IMG/VR virus record: IMGVR_UViG_3300048502_000040
Location: 23,901-87,900 of that record
Length of the DNA: 64,000 bases
Reading direction: 5' to 3' (one strand)
DNA from: a virus
This document shows, one piece after another, positions 1-9,789 of this stretch; position 1 is the first letter of the stretch, and each line of letters starts with the position of its first letter. The notes below the pieces were generated by a model. That model was not told the origin of the DNA. It saw nothing but the letters and a program-made list of their open reading frames with translations, and did not search any database. Both the position numbers and the translations under genes were made by a program.

Positions 1-1149
1 GTCGAACTTCGCTACAAAGTGAAAGACCACGTATACCTGTTGGTCACCCCGCACGGGCTGGTCGCGCAGGACGGCGTAACGAGCATCTGCCACATCATCG
101 ACAAGTCCGAGGTTCTGATACCGTGGGGATGTAAGATGATGGGCCAGAAGCTCATCAATGACATCCCCAAGGCGCAACTGCCAACCGGGGAAGTGGTCGT
201 GCTCCAACAGACCCTTGCCGACTTCGAGATCGAAGTGCAGAAGGCGAAGCGGGCGCACGAGGAGAAGCTCGAAGAGGCTGGCGCTATCGGTCACACGGCG
301 CACAACTGGATCGAGCAGTACATCAAGTCCGTGCTCAAAGGCGACGACTCGCGCAAGCTGGAGTTGTTAGCCAACATGCCGAGGGATGAGCGGGCGTCCA
401 ACGCCTGCATCGCGGCCCTCGACTGGATGCAACGGCACAATGTTCGGTGGATAAGCACCGAGCGCAAAATCTACTCGCGTCAGTATCGGTACGCTGGTAC
501 GCTGGACGGTCTCTGTCAGGTTGACTCCTGCGATGATCCTCAGTGCTGCCCGCACCCGTTCAAAGACCGATTGACCGTATCTGACTGGAAGACCTCCAAC
601 TATCTGTACATGGAGTTCCTCATGCAGACGGCGGCCTACCAACAGGCTTACAACGAGGAGCAGGCATACCTCGCCAAGTTGGAACACCGCGCCTTCACCC
701 CTGTCGAGGATCGCTGGGTCATCCGGGTGGGCAAGGACGATGCGAAGTTCGAGGCATGGCACCTTGAGGCCGACGAGTTCGGGGATCACTTCGACTGCTT
801 TCAACACGCGTTGAAACTGTCACGTTCAGTGAAACGGATTCAGGAGATCATCAAGGAGAAGAAGGATGTGGCCCGCGCTGAAAAGAAGCGGGTGAGGGAG
901 GCGGAGAAGAAGGCCGCCGAGGAGAAGAAGATCGCCGAGCGCGAAGAGAAGAAAGCTCTGGCGAAAGTTGCAAAGGCGGCGGCGCTATCATTGGCCTGCC
1001 CCGGCGCTGCGAAGTACAAGGGTTTGAAGAAGCCCCGGTGCAACAAGGGCAACCCCTGCCAGTCATGTCTGCTGAAGTATGCGGCGGTACAGGCGGCAAA
1101 AGTTACTGACGTGCTGAAACCACAGTCGGTGCTTGACGTATTACAATAG
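1..1149 (+). CDS. PD-(D/E)XK (Cas4/RecB-like) phage exonuclease, 5'-truncated by window edge
   Basis: Open from base 1. Motifs G-H-x-A-H, ERKIYS..YAGTLDGL, DWKTS, Q.AAY; charged coiled-coil and Cys-rich C-terminus. Confidence 0.8.
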   Translation, partial: VELRYKVKDHVYLLVTPHGLVAQDGVTSICHIIDKSEVLIPWGCKMMGQKLINDIPKAQLPTGEVVVLQQTLADFEIEVQKAKRAHEEKLEEAGAIGHTAHNWIEQYIKSVLKGDDSRKLELLANMPRDERASNACIAALDWMQRHNVRWISTERKIYSRQYRYAGTLDGLCQVDSCDDPQCCPHPFKDRLTVSDWKTSNYLYMEFLMQTAAYQQAYNEEQAYLAKLEHRAFTPVEDRWVIRVGKDDAKFEAWHLEADEFGDHFDCFQHALKLSRSVKRIQEIIKEKKDVARAEKKRVREAEKKAAEEKKIAEREEKKALAKVAKAAALSLACPGAAKYKGLKKPRCNKGNPCQSCLLKYAAVQAAKVTDVLKPQSVLDVLQ

Positions 1150-1156
1150 GAGAAAC

Positions 1157-2101
1157 ATGAGCGAAACAACTGCATTGACTGTGCTCAACAACCGCCCCGG
1201 TGTTGACTTCAGTAAGAGCCTCTTCCGGTTGACCCCGAAGACTCTGAGTATCAACCAACCCACAACCAAGGCCGAGGACGCCATCAAGGGCAAGCTGCGC
1301 ATCGCCGAGACAGGCAAGCAGTTTGATTCAATTCGCGTCGTCCTGCTGGTCGAACCGAAGGAGCAGCGTCAGTACCGCATCGGCGAGAAGGGCAACAACT
1401 TCGACCCCGAGAACCTGATGTGCTTCTGCCCCGACGTGAAGCGTACGCCGGACGGTCGCAAGGAACTGACTGGCCCGAGCGCCAAGGCGAAGATGCCGCA
1501 GGCCATGCTCTGTTCGGCCTGCCCGAAGGCAAGCTGGGATCGCTACCGTGCCAAGAAGGACAAGAACCAACCCGTCACGGAAGGCGACTTCCCTGAGTGC
1601 GAGAGCTTCTACAAGCTCCTGCTGCTGAACATCGACGACCACAACAAGCCGCTGTACATGTACGTGCGTGGCAAGTCCCGTCGTCCGTTCGAGAAGGGTC
1701 TGAGCATTCTCACCGAGATGCTGTTCGACATCCAGTCCGAGGGCATCACGCCTGAAGTCTACTACGTTTCGTTCGTCATCAAGGCGAAGAAAGACCCGGA
1801 CAACACCAAGACCACGACCTACATCATGGACTTGTCGGACTTCCAAGTTGTGACTCCCGAGCAGATCGAGAAGTTCAACACGGCGTTCGACGGATTCGCG
1901 GCGCAGGCGGCGGCCCCGGTAGAGACCGAGCAGAAGCAGATCACGGACGCGCAGACTGGCATCGAAGACGCCATCGCGGGCAACGCGGTTGCTACGACCA
2001 CAACCACAGTTGACAAGCCCGGCGCACCCGTGGTAGAGTCAACACAGATCGTCGAAGCTGAGTACATCAGTGACGGCACTGACGAAGAGATTCCGGTCTA
2101 A
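1157..2101 (+). CDS. putative ssDNA-binding / recombination protein
   Basis: AGGAGA RBS then ATG at 1157; acidic C-terminal tail (EYISDGTDEEIPV); follows the exonuclease. Function inferred from context. Confidence 0.45.
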   Translation: MSETTALTVLNNRPGVDFSKSLFRLTPKTLSINQPTTKAEDAIKGKLRIAETGKQFDSIRVVLLVEPKEQRQYRIGEKGNNFDPENLMCFCPDVKRTPDGRKELTGPSAKAKMPQAMLCSACPKASWDRYRAKKDKNQPVTEGDFPECESFYKLLLLNIDDHNKPLYMYVRGKSRRPFEKGLSILTEMLFDIQSEGITPEVYYVSFVIKAKKDPDNTKTTTYIMDLSDFQVVTPEQIEKFNTAFDGFAAQAAAPVETEQKQITDAQTGIEDAIAGNAVATTTTTVDKPGAPVVESTQIVEAEYISDGTDEEIPV

Positions 2102-2231
2102 TAAACCGGATACAGGAAACGGTACAGTCAACCGGGACAAAGTGGTGTAGGCCGGACGAGCTTGCTCGAACACGAACCTTGCCACCCGTTTCTTTCACGC
2201 ATCATCAACCACGATCCAGAGGAGGATCACT

Positions 2232-2522
2232 ATGGCAACAAAGCTCAAGAAGGCACCGCGCTGGAAGGTTGCGGTCGAAGTCACCACTGGCGGAATCAAG
2301 CTGGGCGTCAGGAAGGACGCGGAAAAGTGCCCCATCGCCCGCGCCTTGAAGTACCTGAAGTTCAAGGTATCTGAAGTTTCCGATGACGGAATCGACTTCA
2401 CGTACAAAGGTGTGGACTACCACGCGGCCACACCGAAGTCGGCATCAAAGTTCATCGAACGCTTCGATGGCGGCAAGCCTGTCAAGCCGTTCACCTTCAA
2501 CATCTACCCCGAGGCGGTCTAA
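2232..2522 (+). CDS. hypothetical protein
   Basis: GAGGAGG RBS, phage-typical codon usage. Confidence 0.7.
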   Translation: MATKLKKAPRWKVAVEVTTGGIKLGVRKDAEKCPIARALKYLKFKVSEVSDDGIDFTYKGVDYHAATPKSASKFIERFDGGKPVKPFTFNIYPEAV

Positions 2523-2524
2523 CG

Positions 2525-2992
2525 GTGCAACTCTTTCTGGATTGCGATGGGGTTCTGGCTGACTTTGACGCTTCGGCGTTCAAGGTGTTCGGCCTGCCCC
2601 CTCGCAAGGCAGAGGCTCAACTGGGCGACAAGAGGTTCTGGGTTGACCTGCAAAGTGTCCCCGGCTTCTACCGCAACCTGCCCCTGATGCCCGACGCCCG
2701 CAAGTTATACATGGCCGTGAAGCATCTCAAGCCCATCATCCTGACTGGATGCCCCCGTGGGGGTTGGGCCGAGGCCGACAAGATTCACTGGGCGAAGGTT
2801 CACTTCCCCGGCGTTCAGATGATTACCTGCCAGTCCCGCAACAAGCGGGATCACATGACTGGCCCCGGCGACATCCTCGTGGACGACTACCTGAAGTACA
2901 AGCACCTGTGGCTGGAAGCTGGCGGTCGGTTCGTTCACCACGTCTCCGCAGAGGCAAGCATCAAGCACCTGAAGACGGTTGGAATCATATGA
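2525..2992 (+). CDS. HAD-family 5'(3')-deoxyribonucleotidase-like phosphatase
   Basis: Motif I LDCDGVLADF, motif IV ILVDD. Confidence 0.8.
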   Translation: MQLFLDCDGVLADFDASAFKVFGLPPRKAEAQLGDKRFWVDLQSVPGFYRNLPLMPDARKLYMAVKHLKPIILTGCPRGGWAEADKIHWAKVHFPGVQMITCQSRNKRDHMTGPGDILVDDYLKYKHLWLEAGGRFVHHVSAEASIKHLKTVGII

Positions 2993-3174
2993 AGACACTG
3001 ATTGAACTGATCGACGAATGCAAGGGCATGACCGCCGAGGCAATGCGCCTCTGGTACCTGCAACTGCCGAAAGCGGAGCAAGACATCATCCTGACCCGCT
3101 ACGCCTACCTTGCCGCCCAACACCCCAACTCGACTGTGCCGCTAACCCGCAAGGACATCGAAGGAGCACGATGA
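2989..3174 (+). CDS. small hypothetical protein
   Basis: ATGA overlaps with both neighbours. Confidence 0.55.
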   Translation: MKTLIELIDECKGMTAEAMRLWYLQLPKAEQDIILTRYAYLAAQHPNSTVPLTRKDIEGAR

Positions 3175-4319
3175 AGATTGAGCAGTACATCCCGAACCAA
3201 GAAAAGCTCGAAGCGTATGTGAAGTCCGGCCTCGTTACCGCATCGCCGCACCCGCGCCTGCCACTGCTGATCCTGACCTACGGTCGGTCGGCTGTCTACG
3301 AGAACTTGTGGGATGACGTGACGATCAAATGCCGAGGTCTCATCATCGACCGACAGGGCAACGTCATCGCTCGACCGTTTGAGAAATTCTTCAACGTGGC
3401 GACGAGCTACCGTGAAGAGACGTGGTTGGAGAATCTGCCGACCACCAAGCCTGACATTCTGGAGAAGCTGGACGGCTCCCTCGGTATTCTGTATCGCTAC
3501 AACGGCGAGATCGGGATCGCATCCAAGGGATCGTTCAAGTCGGAACACGCGAACTGGGCAACAGGCTACTACCAAGCGCATCACAAAGAAGCGCAGTGGC
3601 CCGAAGGCTATACCCCGGTGTTTGAGATGATTTGCCAAGAGGTACAGACGCATGTCGTCCACTACCGACTGGATGACCATCTGGCGCTGCTGGGAATGGT
3701 CAACATCGAAACGGGCGAGGAGTTGTCCTACGACTCCTTGTGCATATGGGCGGCGGGGAACGGTATCCCGGTGGTCGAGAAGTTCGACAAGTCCGTAGGC
3801 GACGTGCTGGCGGAGGACAGGCCGAACAAAGAGGGATACGTCCTGTCTTGGCCTCGACCCGGCACGACGCCCCTCAAAGTGAAGGTGAAGCACGAGACCT
3901 TCCTCGCCATGCAGAAGATCGCTCACGCGGCAACACCCAAGAGCATACTGGACGCTCTCTGTGAGGGGCAGGACGAGTTGATAGAGACGTGGACGGCCTC
4001 CGCTAACCCTGAGATTGCGTCGTTCGTCCAAGGCCACGCATCGCGCTTCCGTGGCAAGTACATGGAGACCCTTGGTATCGCCGCAGGTATGGCACAGACC
4101 GCCCGGATGCGGTACGGCTCCCGCAAGGATCAGGCCGCATTCTTGACGCAGGACAACGGGCACAAGTTTTACTCTGGCATCGCGTTCGCGTTGCTGGACA
4201 GTAAGGCACCTGAGACCATCCGCAAGGCGGTCTGGAAGGTGACGAGGACGTTACTGGAAGAAGAGTTATCGGATGAACCTGTCGTCGGCATAGACGATGA
4301 GGACAAGGAGGAAGTTTGA
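3171..4319 (+). CDS. RNA ligase, T4 Rnl1-like
   Basis: AAGGAG RBS, ATG 3171. Motifs KCRGLI, RPFEKFFN, EKLDGSLG (motif I), EGYV (motif IV), KVK (motif V). Confidence 0.85.
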   Translation: MKIEQYIPNQEKLEAYVKSGLVTASPHPRLPLLILTYGRSAVYENLWDDVTIKCRGLIIDRQGNVIARPFEKFFNVATSYREETWLENLPTTKPDILEKLDGSLGILYRYNGEIGIASKGSFKSEHANWATGYYQAHHKEAQWPEGYTPVFEMICQEVQTHVVHYRLDDHLALLGMVNIETGEELSYDSLCIWAAGNGIPVVEKFDKSVGDVLAEDRPNKEGYVLSWPRPGTTPLKVKVKHETFLAMQKIAHAATPKSILDALCEGQDELIETWTASANPEIASFVQGHASRFRGKYMETLGIAAGMAQTARMRYGSRKDQAAFLTQDNGHKFYSGIAFALLDSKAPETIRKAVWKVTRTLLEEELSDEPVVGIDDEDKEEV

Positions 4320-4444
4320 ACATTCAAGAAGCACTAGATGTGTTCAAAACCTCTGAAGCTTCTTTGCATGCTTACGCTGCTGGGTTGCTAGATGGCGAAG
4401 GATCAATACAAATAAACCCATCAAAAGGACAAAGTATACGGTAA
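4316..4444 (+). pseudogene. truncated LAGLIDADG endonuclease remnant (42 aa)
   Basis: TTG start after AAGGAGG; translates LNIQEALDVFKTSEASLHAYAAGLLDGEGSIQINPSKGQSIR*. YAAGLLDGEGSI is a LAGLIDADG helix. Confidence 0.75.
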
Positions 4445-4477
4445 AGGAATGATAGGTGAGTTTCCTAAAGGAGTTTT

Positions 4478-4872
4478 ATGAGCATATCTGAACCAAAAAC
4501 CGTTTGCGTTGATTTTGACCTAACGCTGTGTGACTCTGTGTACCCTAAACTTGGCCCTCCAAGGAGGGTGCTTTGGAGGCTATGCACGAACTAAAGCGCA
4601 TGGGATTCTACATTATAGTCTCAAGTTGCCGTTCGTGTAGCTGGAACTGGGATTTGTATTATGGAGAATCCCCACACGTCGCTGCGGTTGACCGCCCTGT
4701 CTTTCAGGACATGGTGAAATGGCTACAAGAATACAATGTTCCGTATGACTTCATCGACGATGGTACTAAGGGAAAGGTCAGTGCCCACTACTACCTTGAT
4801 GATAAAGCTGTCAGAGTAGAGAACAATTGGCCTGAAGTTATAAGGTTTATAAAAGAAAGGGAAAATGTCTGA
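4478..4872 (+). pseudogene. HAD-superfamily phosphatase split by a -1 frameshift near 4549-4570
   Basis: ATG 4478 gives MSISEPKTVCVDFDLTLCDSVYPKLGPP (motif I DxD), and that frame stops at 4594. The continuation EGALEAMHEL..IVSSCR..GK..YYLDDK is in the -1 frame (track ORF 4573-4872). Confidence 0.75.
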
Positions 4873-5575
4873 GATTATAATCACCACTCCCCCGGCCATC
4901 TATGGGGAGGCAGTAGCGGGAGAGTCTGCGAAGCTCCGCAAGGAACTTGAGAGTCTCATCGGCAACATCAACAAGTCACAGTTCGACGTGGCTGAACTGC
5001 TGTACAAGACGAAGCTGAATAAGCCCTACGTCGAGTGGGGCTTCTCTACCTTCCCCGAGTATGTCAAGACGCTCCCCATCAAGGAGAGCAAAGCCCGGTA
5101 CCTGACAACTATTGCCGAGACCTTCGCCGCAGTGGGCATACCCCGTGCGACGTATGAGCCTCTGGGCATCACGCGGTGTCGGTTCATCTCATCCCTCGAC
5201 CCGGCTAAAGTCTGGAAGAACCCGGACACTGGCGCTGAGACCCCCATCACCGAGTTCATCAAAGGTTTTGTGGAGAAGGGAGAAGAGATCAACATGGATT
5301 TGCTGAAGCAGCACATCCGTACCCTGAAGGGCATCTCTGGCGACAGTGACCTGTCGTTCCGCAACCTGAAGTTCCAACGCCTCGTCGCCGAGAACACATG
5401 GGACAAGGCCATCGAACTTGCCAAGCACAACGCTGGCTCTGTCGGCAAAGACTCTGAAGGTATGAGCAAAGACATCTCAGATGAGTACGCCGCCGAGATA
5501 CTGGCGATTGCCTACCTGAACGACCCGACCAACAACGGATCGCTGGTTGACACGGAAGAGGAAGCTAATGAGTAA
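4865..5575 (+). CDS. hypothetical protein
   Basis: 236-aa ORF in operon. Confidence 0.75.
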   Translation: MSEIIITTPPAIYGEAVAGESAKLRKELESLIGNINKSQFDVAELLYKTKLNKPYVEWGFSTFPEYVKTLPIKESKARYLTTIAETFAAVGIPRATYEPLGITRCRFISSLDPAKVWKNPDTGAETPITEFIKGFVEKGEEINMDLLKQHIRTLKGISGDSDLSFRNLKFQRLVAENTWDKAIELAKHNAGSVGKDSEGMSKDISDEYAAEILAIAYLNDPTNNGSLVDTEEEANE

Positions 5576-5882
5576 GACTGCAAACACATGCCAAAAGCCC
5601 CCGAAGGGATGGATATGCGGCGGCAAGAAGGGTCACAAAGGCCCGTGCGCTGCCTACCCTGCTGACATGGTGGTACCAGACATCGCATGGCTGCTGGAGG
5701 CTAAGTTAGAAGATGGCGCTCCATTGTACTTGAACCACATCGTCAACGGTGGCAAGCCCATACTGACAACTGACGTGGAGGACGCAATCCGGTTCTCCCG
5801 AGAGCAGGACGCGCAGAGGATCGCCGACGACATCAAGCTCACGATGGGCGTCTTGACACCAACGGAGCACGTTTGGTTGTGA
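5568..5882 (+). CDS. hypothetical protein
   Basis: ATG 5568 after GAGGAAG. Confidence 0.65.
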   Translation: MSKTANTCQKPPKGWICGGKKGHKGPCAAYPADMVVPDIAWLLEAKLEDGAPLYLNHIVNGGKPILTTDVEDAIRFSREQDAQRIADDIKLTMGVLTPTEHVWL

Positions 5883-6655
5883 GTTGGTGGAACGATAAGA
5901 AGTACAACCTGATCGGAAAGACCTTTGGAAAGCTCAAAGTCATTGAGGACTTGGGCTACCATAATAGGTGCCGCAGATGGAAGTGCGAATGTGAGTGTGG
6001 GCAGATCACGGAAGTCTCTGGGCACAACCTGAAGGCGGGTTCGGTTGTAAGCTGTGGATGCTCACTGAAGGGCTGCAATAAGAAGCGCCCGTACGAATGG
6101 CTTTACAACACACTGGTTTCGGTAGGTAAAGAAGTAGGTATAACCTACGAAGACTTCCTTGAGTTCACTAAGGTTTCGCAATGCCACTACTGTGATTTCC
6201 CCGTGCAGTGGCGGGCACACGGTAGGGCCGATGGGAAAGGAAGCCGGGCATACAACCTTGACAGAAAAGACAACCTACTTGGCTATGTAAAGGACAATCT
6301 AGTTGTGTGTTGTGTTCGCTGCAATCGCGCAAAAATGGATCACTTCACTTATGACGAGTTCATAAAGATAGGAAAGGTGATAAAAAAACCTTTGCTAAAC
6401 CCTAAAATATCCGCTGCATGTTACCGCAGGGATGGCTACAAATGCCGCTATTGCGGGGAGCGCTCTGGCCTGCACCCACACCACTTCATCTACGCCAGTC
6501 ACCAAGGGCCGGACAGACTGGACAACTTGCTCACCCTGTGCGCCTGCTGTCATCGCGGGCACCATGACGGCTTCTTGAAGATCGTCCTGCGCAAGTTGTT
6601 GGTGGATGACCTTGACGTGCAATTCATCGCACTCAAGGGATGGAAGCCTAGCTGA
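5879..6655 (+). CDS. double-HNH endonuclease (homing-type HNH fused to classical HNH)
   Basis: N-terminal G..FGKL..WKCECECG..SCGC domain; first HNH CHYC..LDRKDN..GY..N..CCVRCN; second HNH RDGYKCRYCG..HPHH..DNLLTLCACCH. Confidence 0.8.
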   Translation: MSWWNDKKYNLIGKTFGKLKVIEDLGYHNRCRRWKCECECGQITEVSGHNLKAGSVVSCGCSLKGCNKKRPYEWLYNTLVSVGKEVGITYEDFLEFTKVSQCHYCDFPVQWRAHGRADGKGSRAYNLDRKDNLLGYVKDNLVVCCVRCNRAKMDHFTYDEFIKIGKVIKKPLLNPKISAACYRRDGYKCRYCGERSGLHPHHFIYASHQGPDRLDNLLTLCACCHRGHHDGFLKIVLRKLLVDDLDVQFIALKGWKPS

Positions 6656-7071
6656 TGGGTAAGATGAAGAACAAAGAGCGTGAGCGCGAAATCAAGCGTA
6701 ATTACGCGAAGCGTGAACGTGAGAAGTTCCCCGAACGGTGCCACAATAGACGCCGCAAATACGAGTTGAATCACCAAGAGCGTTCGTTGGTGCGAAGGGC
6801 AAAGAAACGTGCATCCATGAAAGGTGTGCCGTTCTCCTTGACAGAGTACGACATAAAGATACCAGAAGTATGCCCTGTGTTGGGTATACCGCTGTTCAAG
6901 GGCACTGGGAAGATCGTCTCTAACTCACCTAGCTTGGATGAAATAATTCCCGGCATCGGATATGTTGTAGGCAACGTACAAGTCATCTCGAACAAGGCGA
7001 ACGCTATGAAGTCTAACGCCACTCCTGATGAGCTAAGAAAGTTTGCAGACTGGATCACCAAGACATGCTGA
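6655..7071 (+). CDS. HNH-like homing endonuclease (CPVLG..SPSLD..GY..GNVQVIS..AN..K family)
   Basis: Motifs as named; paralogous to 52188-52637 and 57731-58129. Confidence 0.75.
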   Translation: MGKMKNKEREREIKRNYAKREREKFPERCHNRRRKYELNHQERSLVRRAKKRASMKGVPFSLTEYDIKIPEVCPVLGIPLFKGTGKIVSNSPSLDEIIPGIGYVVGNVQVISNKANAMKSNATPDELRKFADWITKTC

Positions 7072-8753
7072 GACCCTACCAACAAGAGGCAATAACCGCT
7101 ATACGCAAAGAACTGGCGGCGGGCACAAACCGACAACTTATACAAATGGCTACGGGCACCGGAAAGACGGTTGTGTTTAGTAGTCTACCGACCGAACTAA
7201 AAGATACATGCCCCGGTCAGATGTTGATCCTAGCCCACCGTGAAGAATTGGTGGATCAGGCCATCGACAAGATGCAGATCATCAACCCCGGCATGAAGAT
7301 CGAGAAAGAGAAGGCGGAGCACAAGGCCGACACGTCCATAGCGGATTGTGTTGTGGCGTCAGTAGCAACGCTGGGGCGCAAGGGCAACCAACGCATCGGC
7401 AAGTACAACTGGCCCAGCTTCGACAAGATCATTACAGACGAAGCTCACCACTCCATCGCCGACTCTTACCTCAACATCTACGATGCGTCCGGTATCTTGC
7501 TTCCTGAGTCTAAGAACCGCCTGATGCTGGGCGTGACTGCCACTCCGCAACGCGGCGACGGCAAGGCGCTGGCGCAGATTTACGAGAAGATCAGTTATGT
7601 CTACTCGATGCGAAAGGCAATAGAGAGCGGCTGGCTGGTCGAGGTCTGTGGCTACAAGGTCAACACCAAGACATCTCTGGATTACGTCAAGACCACTGGC
7701 GGCGACTACGCTGTCGGTGAACTGGCGAAGACCGTCAACACCCCGGAGCGCAACCAACTCGTCGTCAAGGCATGGCTGGATCGCGGCGAGGGCCGACAGA
7801 CGGTCGTCTTCACGGTAGACATCGAACACGCACAGTGCCTTGCTGAAGTATTCAAGGCGTACGGCGTGAAGGCTGAGGCTGTGTGGGGTGACGATCCTGA
7901 ACGGGCCGACAAACTGGCGCGTCACCGCGCAGGCGAGATCACGGTCATCATCAACTGCGGCATCCTCACTGAGGGCTATGACGATTGGCGCATCGGCTGC
8001 GTTGTGCTGGCCCGGCCAACGAAGTCTGCTGTGCTGTTCACGCAGATGATCGGTCGCGGCACTCGCCTGCAAGAGGACACTGGTAACCTGCACGATTGGA
8101 TCGACGCGGGCAAGCCCCTCATCAAGAAGGACTGCATCGTCATCGACGTTGTGGACGCGTCTTCAAAGCATTCTCTGATAACCCTGCCGACGCTGATGGG
8201 CATGAATGCAAAGCTCAACCTCGAAGGAAAAGGGCTTATCGAGTCCGTCAAGATGTTGGAGAAAGCACAGAAGGACTTCCCTCACATCAACTTCGATGAG
8301 CTTCCAGACCTGTCTCAACTTGAAGCGCACATCAAGAACGTCAACCTATTCGACATCAAGTTCCCCGAAGAGGTTCAAGAGCACTCGAAGCTGAGTTGGT
8401 ACCCATCGGCGACAGGCGGCTACGTGCTCATACTGCCTGACAAGGAAACTTTACACATCGAGCAGGACATGCTTGACAAATGGGAGGTCTATGGTACCCT
8501 GAAAGGGAAGAAGTACCGTGGGTCTCGTGAGAGCATCGACGAAATCTTCATAGCTGCTGATGGGCTGATTCAAAAGGTCTCACCAGAGGCGTTGAAGGTG
8601 CTGCCGCGTGAAGCTGTTTGGCACGGTGACCCGCCTACAGAGCCTCAGATCAAGCTCCTGAAGAAGCTCTTCAAGGGCCGACCCTTACCTTTAGATTTAG
8701 ATAAGGGAAAAGCATCCCGCCTCATTAGCTCCTTTATGGCGGGCAAAGCATGA
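7065..8753 (+). CDS. SF2 DEAD/DEAH-box helicase (IRC3/UvsW-like)
   Basis: LRPYQ, ATGTGKT, DEAHH, TAT, LTEGYD, QMIGRGTR. Confidence 0.92.
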   Translation: MLRPYQQEAITAIRKELAAGTNRQLIQMATGTGKTVVFSSLPTELKDTCPGQMLILAHREELVDQAIDKMQIINPGMKIEKEKAEHKADTSIADCVVASVATLGRKGNQRIGKYNWPSFDKIITDEAHHSIADSYLNIYDASGILLPESKNRLMLGVTATPQRGDGKALAQIYEKISYVYSMRKAIESGWLVEVCGYKVNTKTSLDYVKTTGGDYAVGELAKTVNTPERNQLVVKAWLDRGEGRQTVVFTVDIEHAQCLAEVFKAYGVKAEAVWGDDPERADKLARHRAGEITVIINCGILTEGYDDWRIGCVVLARPTKSAVLFTQMIGRGTRLQEDTGNLHDWIDAGKPLIKKDCIVIDVVDASSKHSLITLPTLMGMNAKLNLEGKGLIESVKMLEKAQKDFPHINFDELPDLSQLEAHIKNVNLFDIKFPEEVQEHSKLSWYPSATGGYVLILPDKETLHIEQDMLDKWEVYGTLKGKKYRGSRESIDEIFIAADGLIQKVSPEALKVLPREAVWHGDPPTEPQIKLLKKLFKGRPLPLDLDKGKASRLISSFMAGKA

Positions 8754-9265
8754 CCCTGACACGCAAGCAGATAAGCCAGAGATACAGGGAAAAGCGACGT
8801 AAAGATGGTATCTGCGTACAGTGTACCCTTCCCGCCGCTGAAGGAAGTGAGCGGTGCGATAAGCACTGGCTAAAGCACAAAGAAGTAGCCAACAAATTTT
8901 ACCGTAACCGAGTAGATAACGGATTGTGCGCCCGGTGTGGGAATAATGCTAGGGTAAACAAAACCAACTGCCAGAAATGCTTAGAACTTGAGCGTTCAGA
9001 ATACACCGCTCTGAGAATATCGGTAGTTGACGGTTATGGCGGTAAGTGCTACTGTTGTGGAGAGACAGAACCTTGCTTCCTGACTGTGGATCATGTGAAC
9101 AACGATGGGGCAGAGCATCGACGCACAGGAAAGGCTATAGGTGCCAAATTGTATCGCTTCATCATCAAGCACAAGTTTCCACCTGAGTTTCAACTACTGT
9201 GCTTCAACTGCAACTGCGGAAGGCAAATAAACAATGGGGTATGCCCGCACAAAGGAAAGGCGTGA
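8750..9265 (+). CDS. HNH/EndoVII-like homing endonuclease
   Basis: YGGKCYCCGE..LTVDHVNNDG..LLCFNCN; AT-rich relative to flanks. Confidence 0.8.
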   Translation: MTLTRKQISQRYREKRRKDGICVQCTLPAAEGSERCDKHWLKHKEVANKFYRNRVDNGLCARCGNNARVNKTNCQKCLELERSEYTALRISVVDGYGGKCYCCGETEPCFLTVDHVNNDGAEHRRTGKAIGAKLYRFIIKHKFPPEFQLLCFNCNCGRQINNGVCPHKGKA

Positions 9266-9492
9266 CGACAATGGGGCCAGAACATCAACTGAGCTACGCG
9301 ATTTATCAACTGACGCGGGTGCAGAACTACTTGCTCAAGCGCAATGTGTCGAGGGCTGACGTAAACGCCATCGACTTGATCGGTATCACACAGAACGCAG
9401 TGCGGGCCGAGTTCGAGCTTCACAGGGCAGTGCGAGTCTACAAGGAGACCAAAAGTGGCGTTCTACCAGATGTGCCAAACTCAGTGCGATAA
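9262..9492 (+). CDS. hypothetical protein
   Basis: GTGA overlap, GGAAAGG upstream. Confidence 0.55.
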   Translation: MTTMGPEHQLSYAIYQLTRVQNYLLKRNVSRADVNAIDLIGITQNAVRAEFELHRAVRVYKETKSGVLPDVPNSVR

Positions 9493-9493
9493 G

Positions 9494-9778
9494 ATGAAGC
9501 AACTCACCGAGGGTGAGGCCCGCTTCTTGCTAGTCGCCGGATTGTCTCCCGAAGATGATGGCGAGAAGAAGGCTGTCATCGAAGAGAACCTTGCTATGAT
9601 CGGAGACCTCGTGACGCTTGGCTTCATGAAGGATTCGACGACGGACTATGTGTCGAGTCTTGATCGTGTCCTGAAGGTGCAGACCGAGGAGGGCTTGACA
9701 AAACGTCCCTACCGGGTGTATACTGTAACTGAACTCGGAAACCAGATGTTCGGTATCCCTACGAAGTCAATCAACTAA
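9494..9778 (+). CDS. hypothetical protein
   Basis: ATG 9494, in operon. Confidence 0.6.
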   Translation: MKQLTEGEARFLLVAGLSPEDDGEKKAVIEENLAMIGDLVTLGFMKDSTTDYVSSLDRVLKVQTEEGLTKRPYRVYTVTELGNQMFGIPTKSIN

Positions 9779-9789
9779 GGAGCTTCACC

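Noticed and set aside
4549-4570. Idea that the 8-nt-loop tRNA suppresses the HAD frameshift
   Set aside because: Quadruplet decoding gives +1; this gene needs -1.
3105-8093. Long - strand ORFs opposite RNA ligase and helicase (3105-4163, 7359-8093)
   Set aside because: Antisense shadows.
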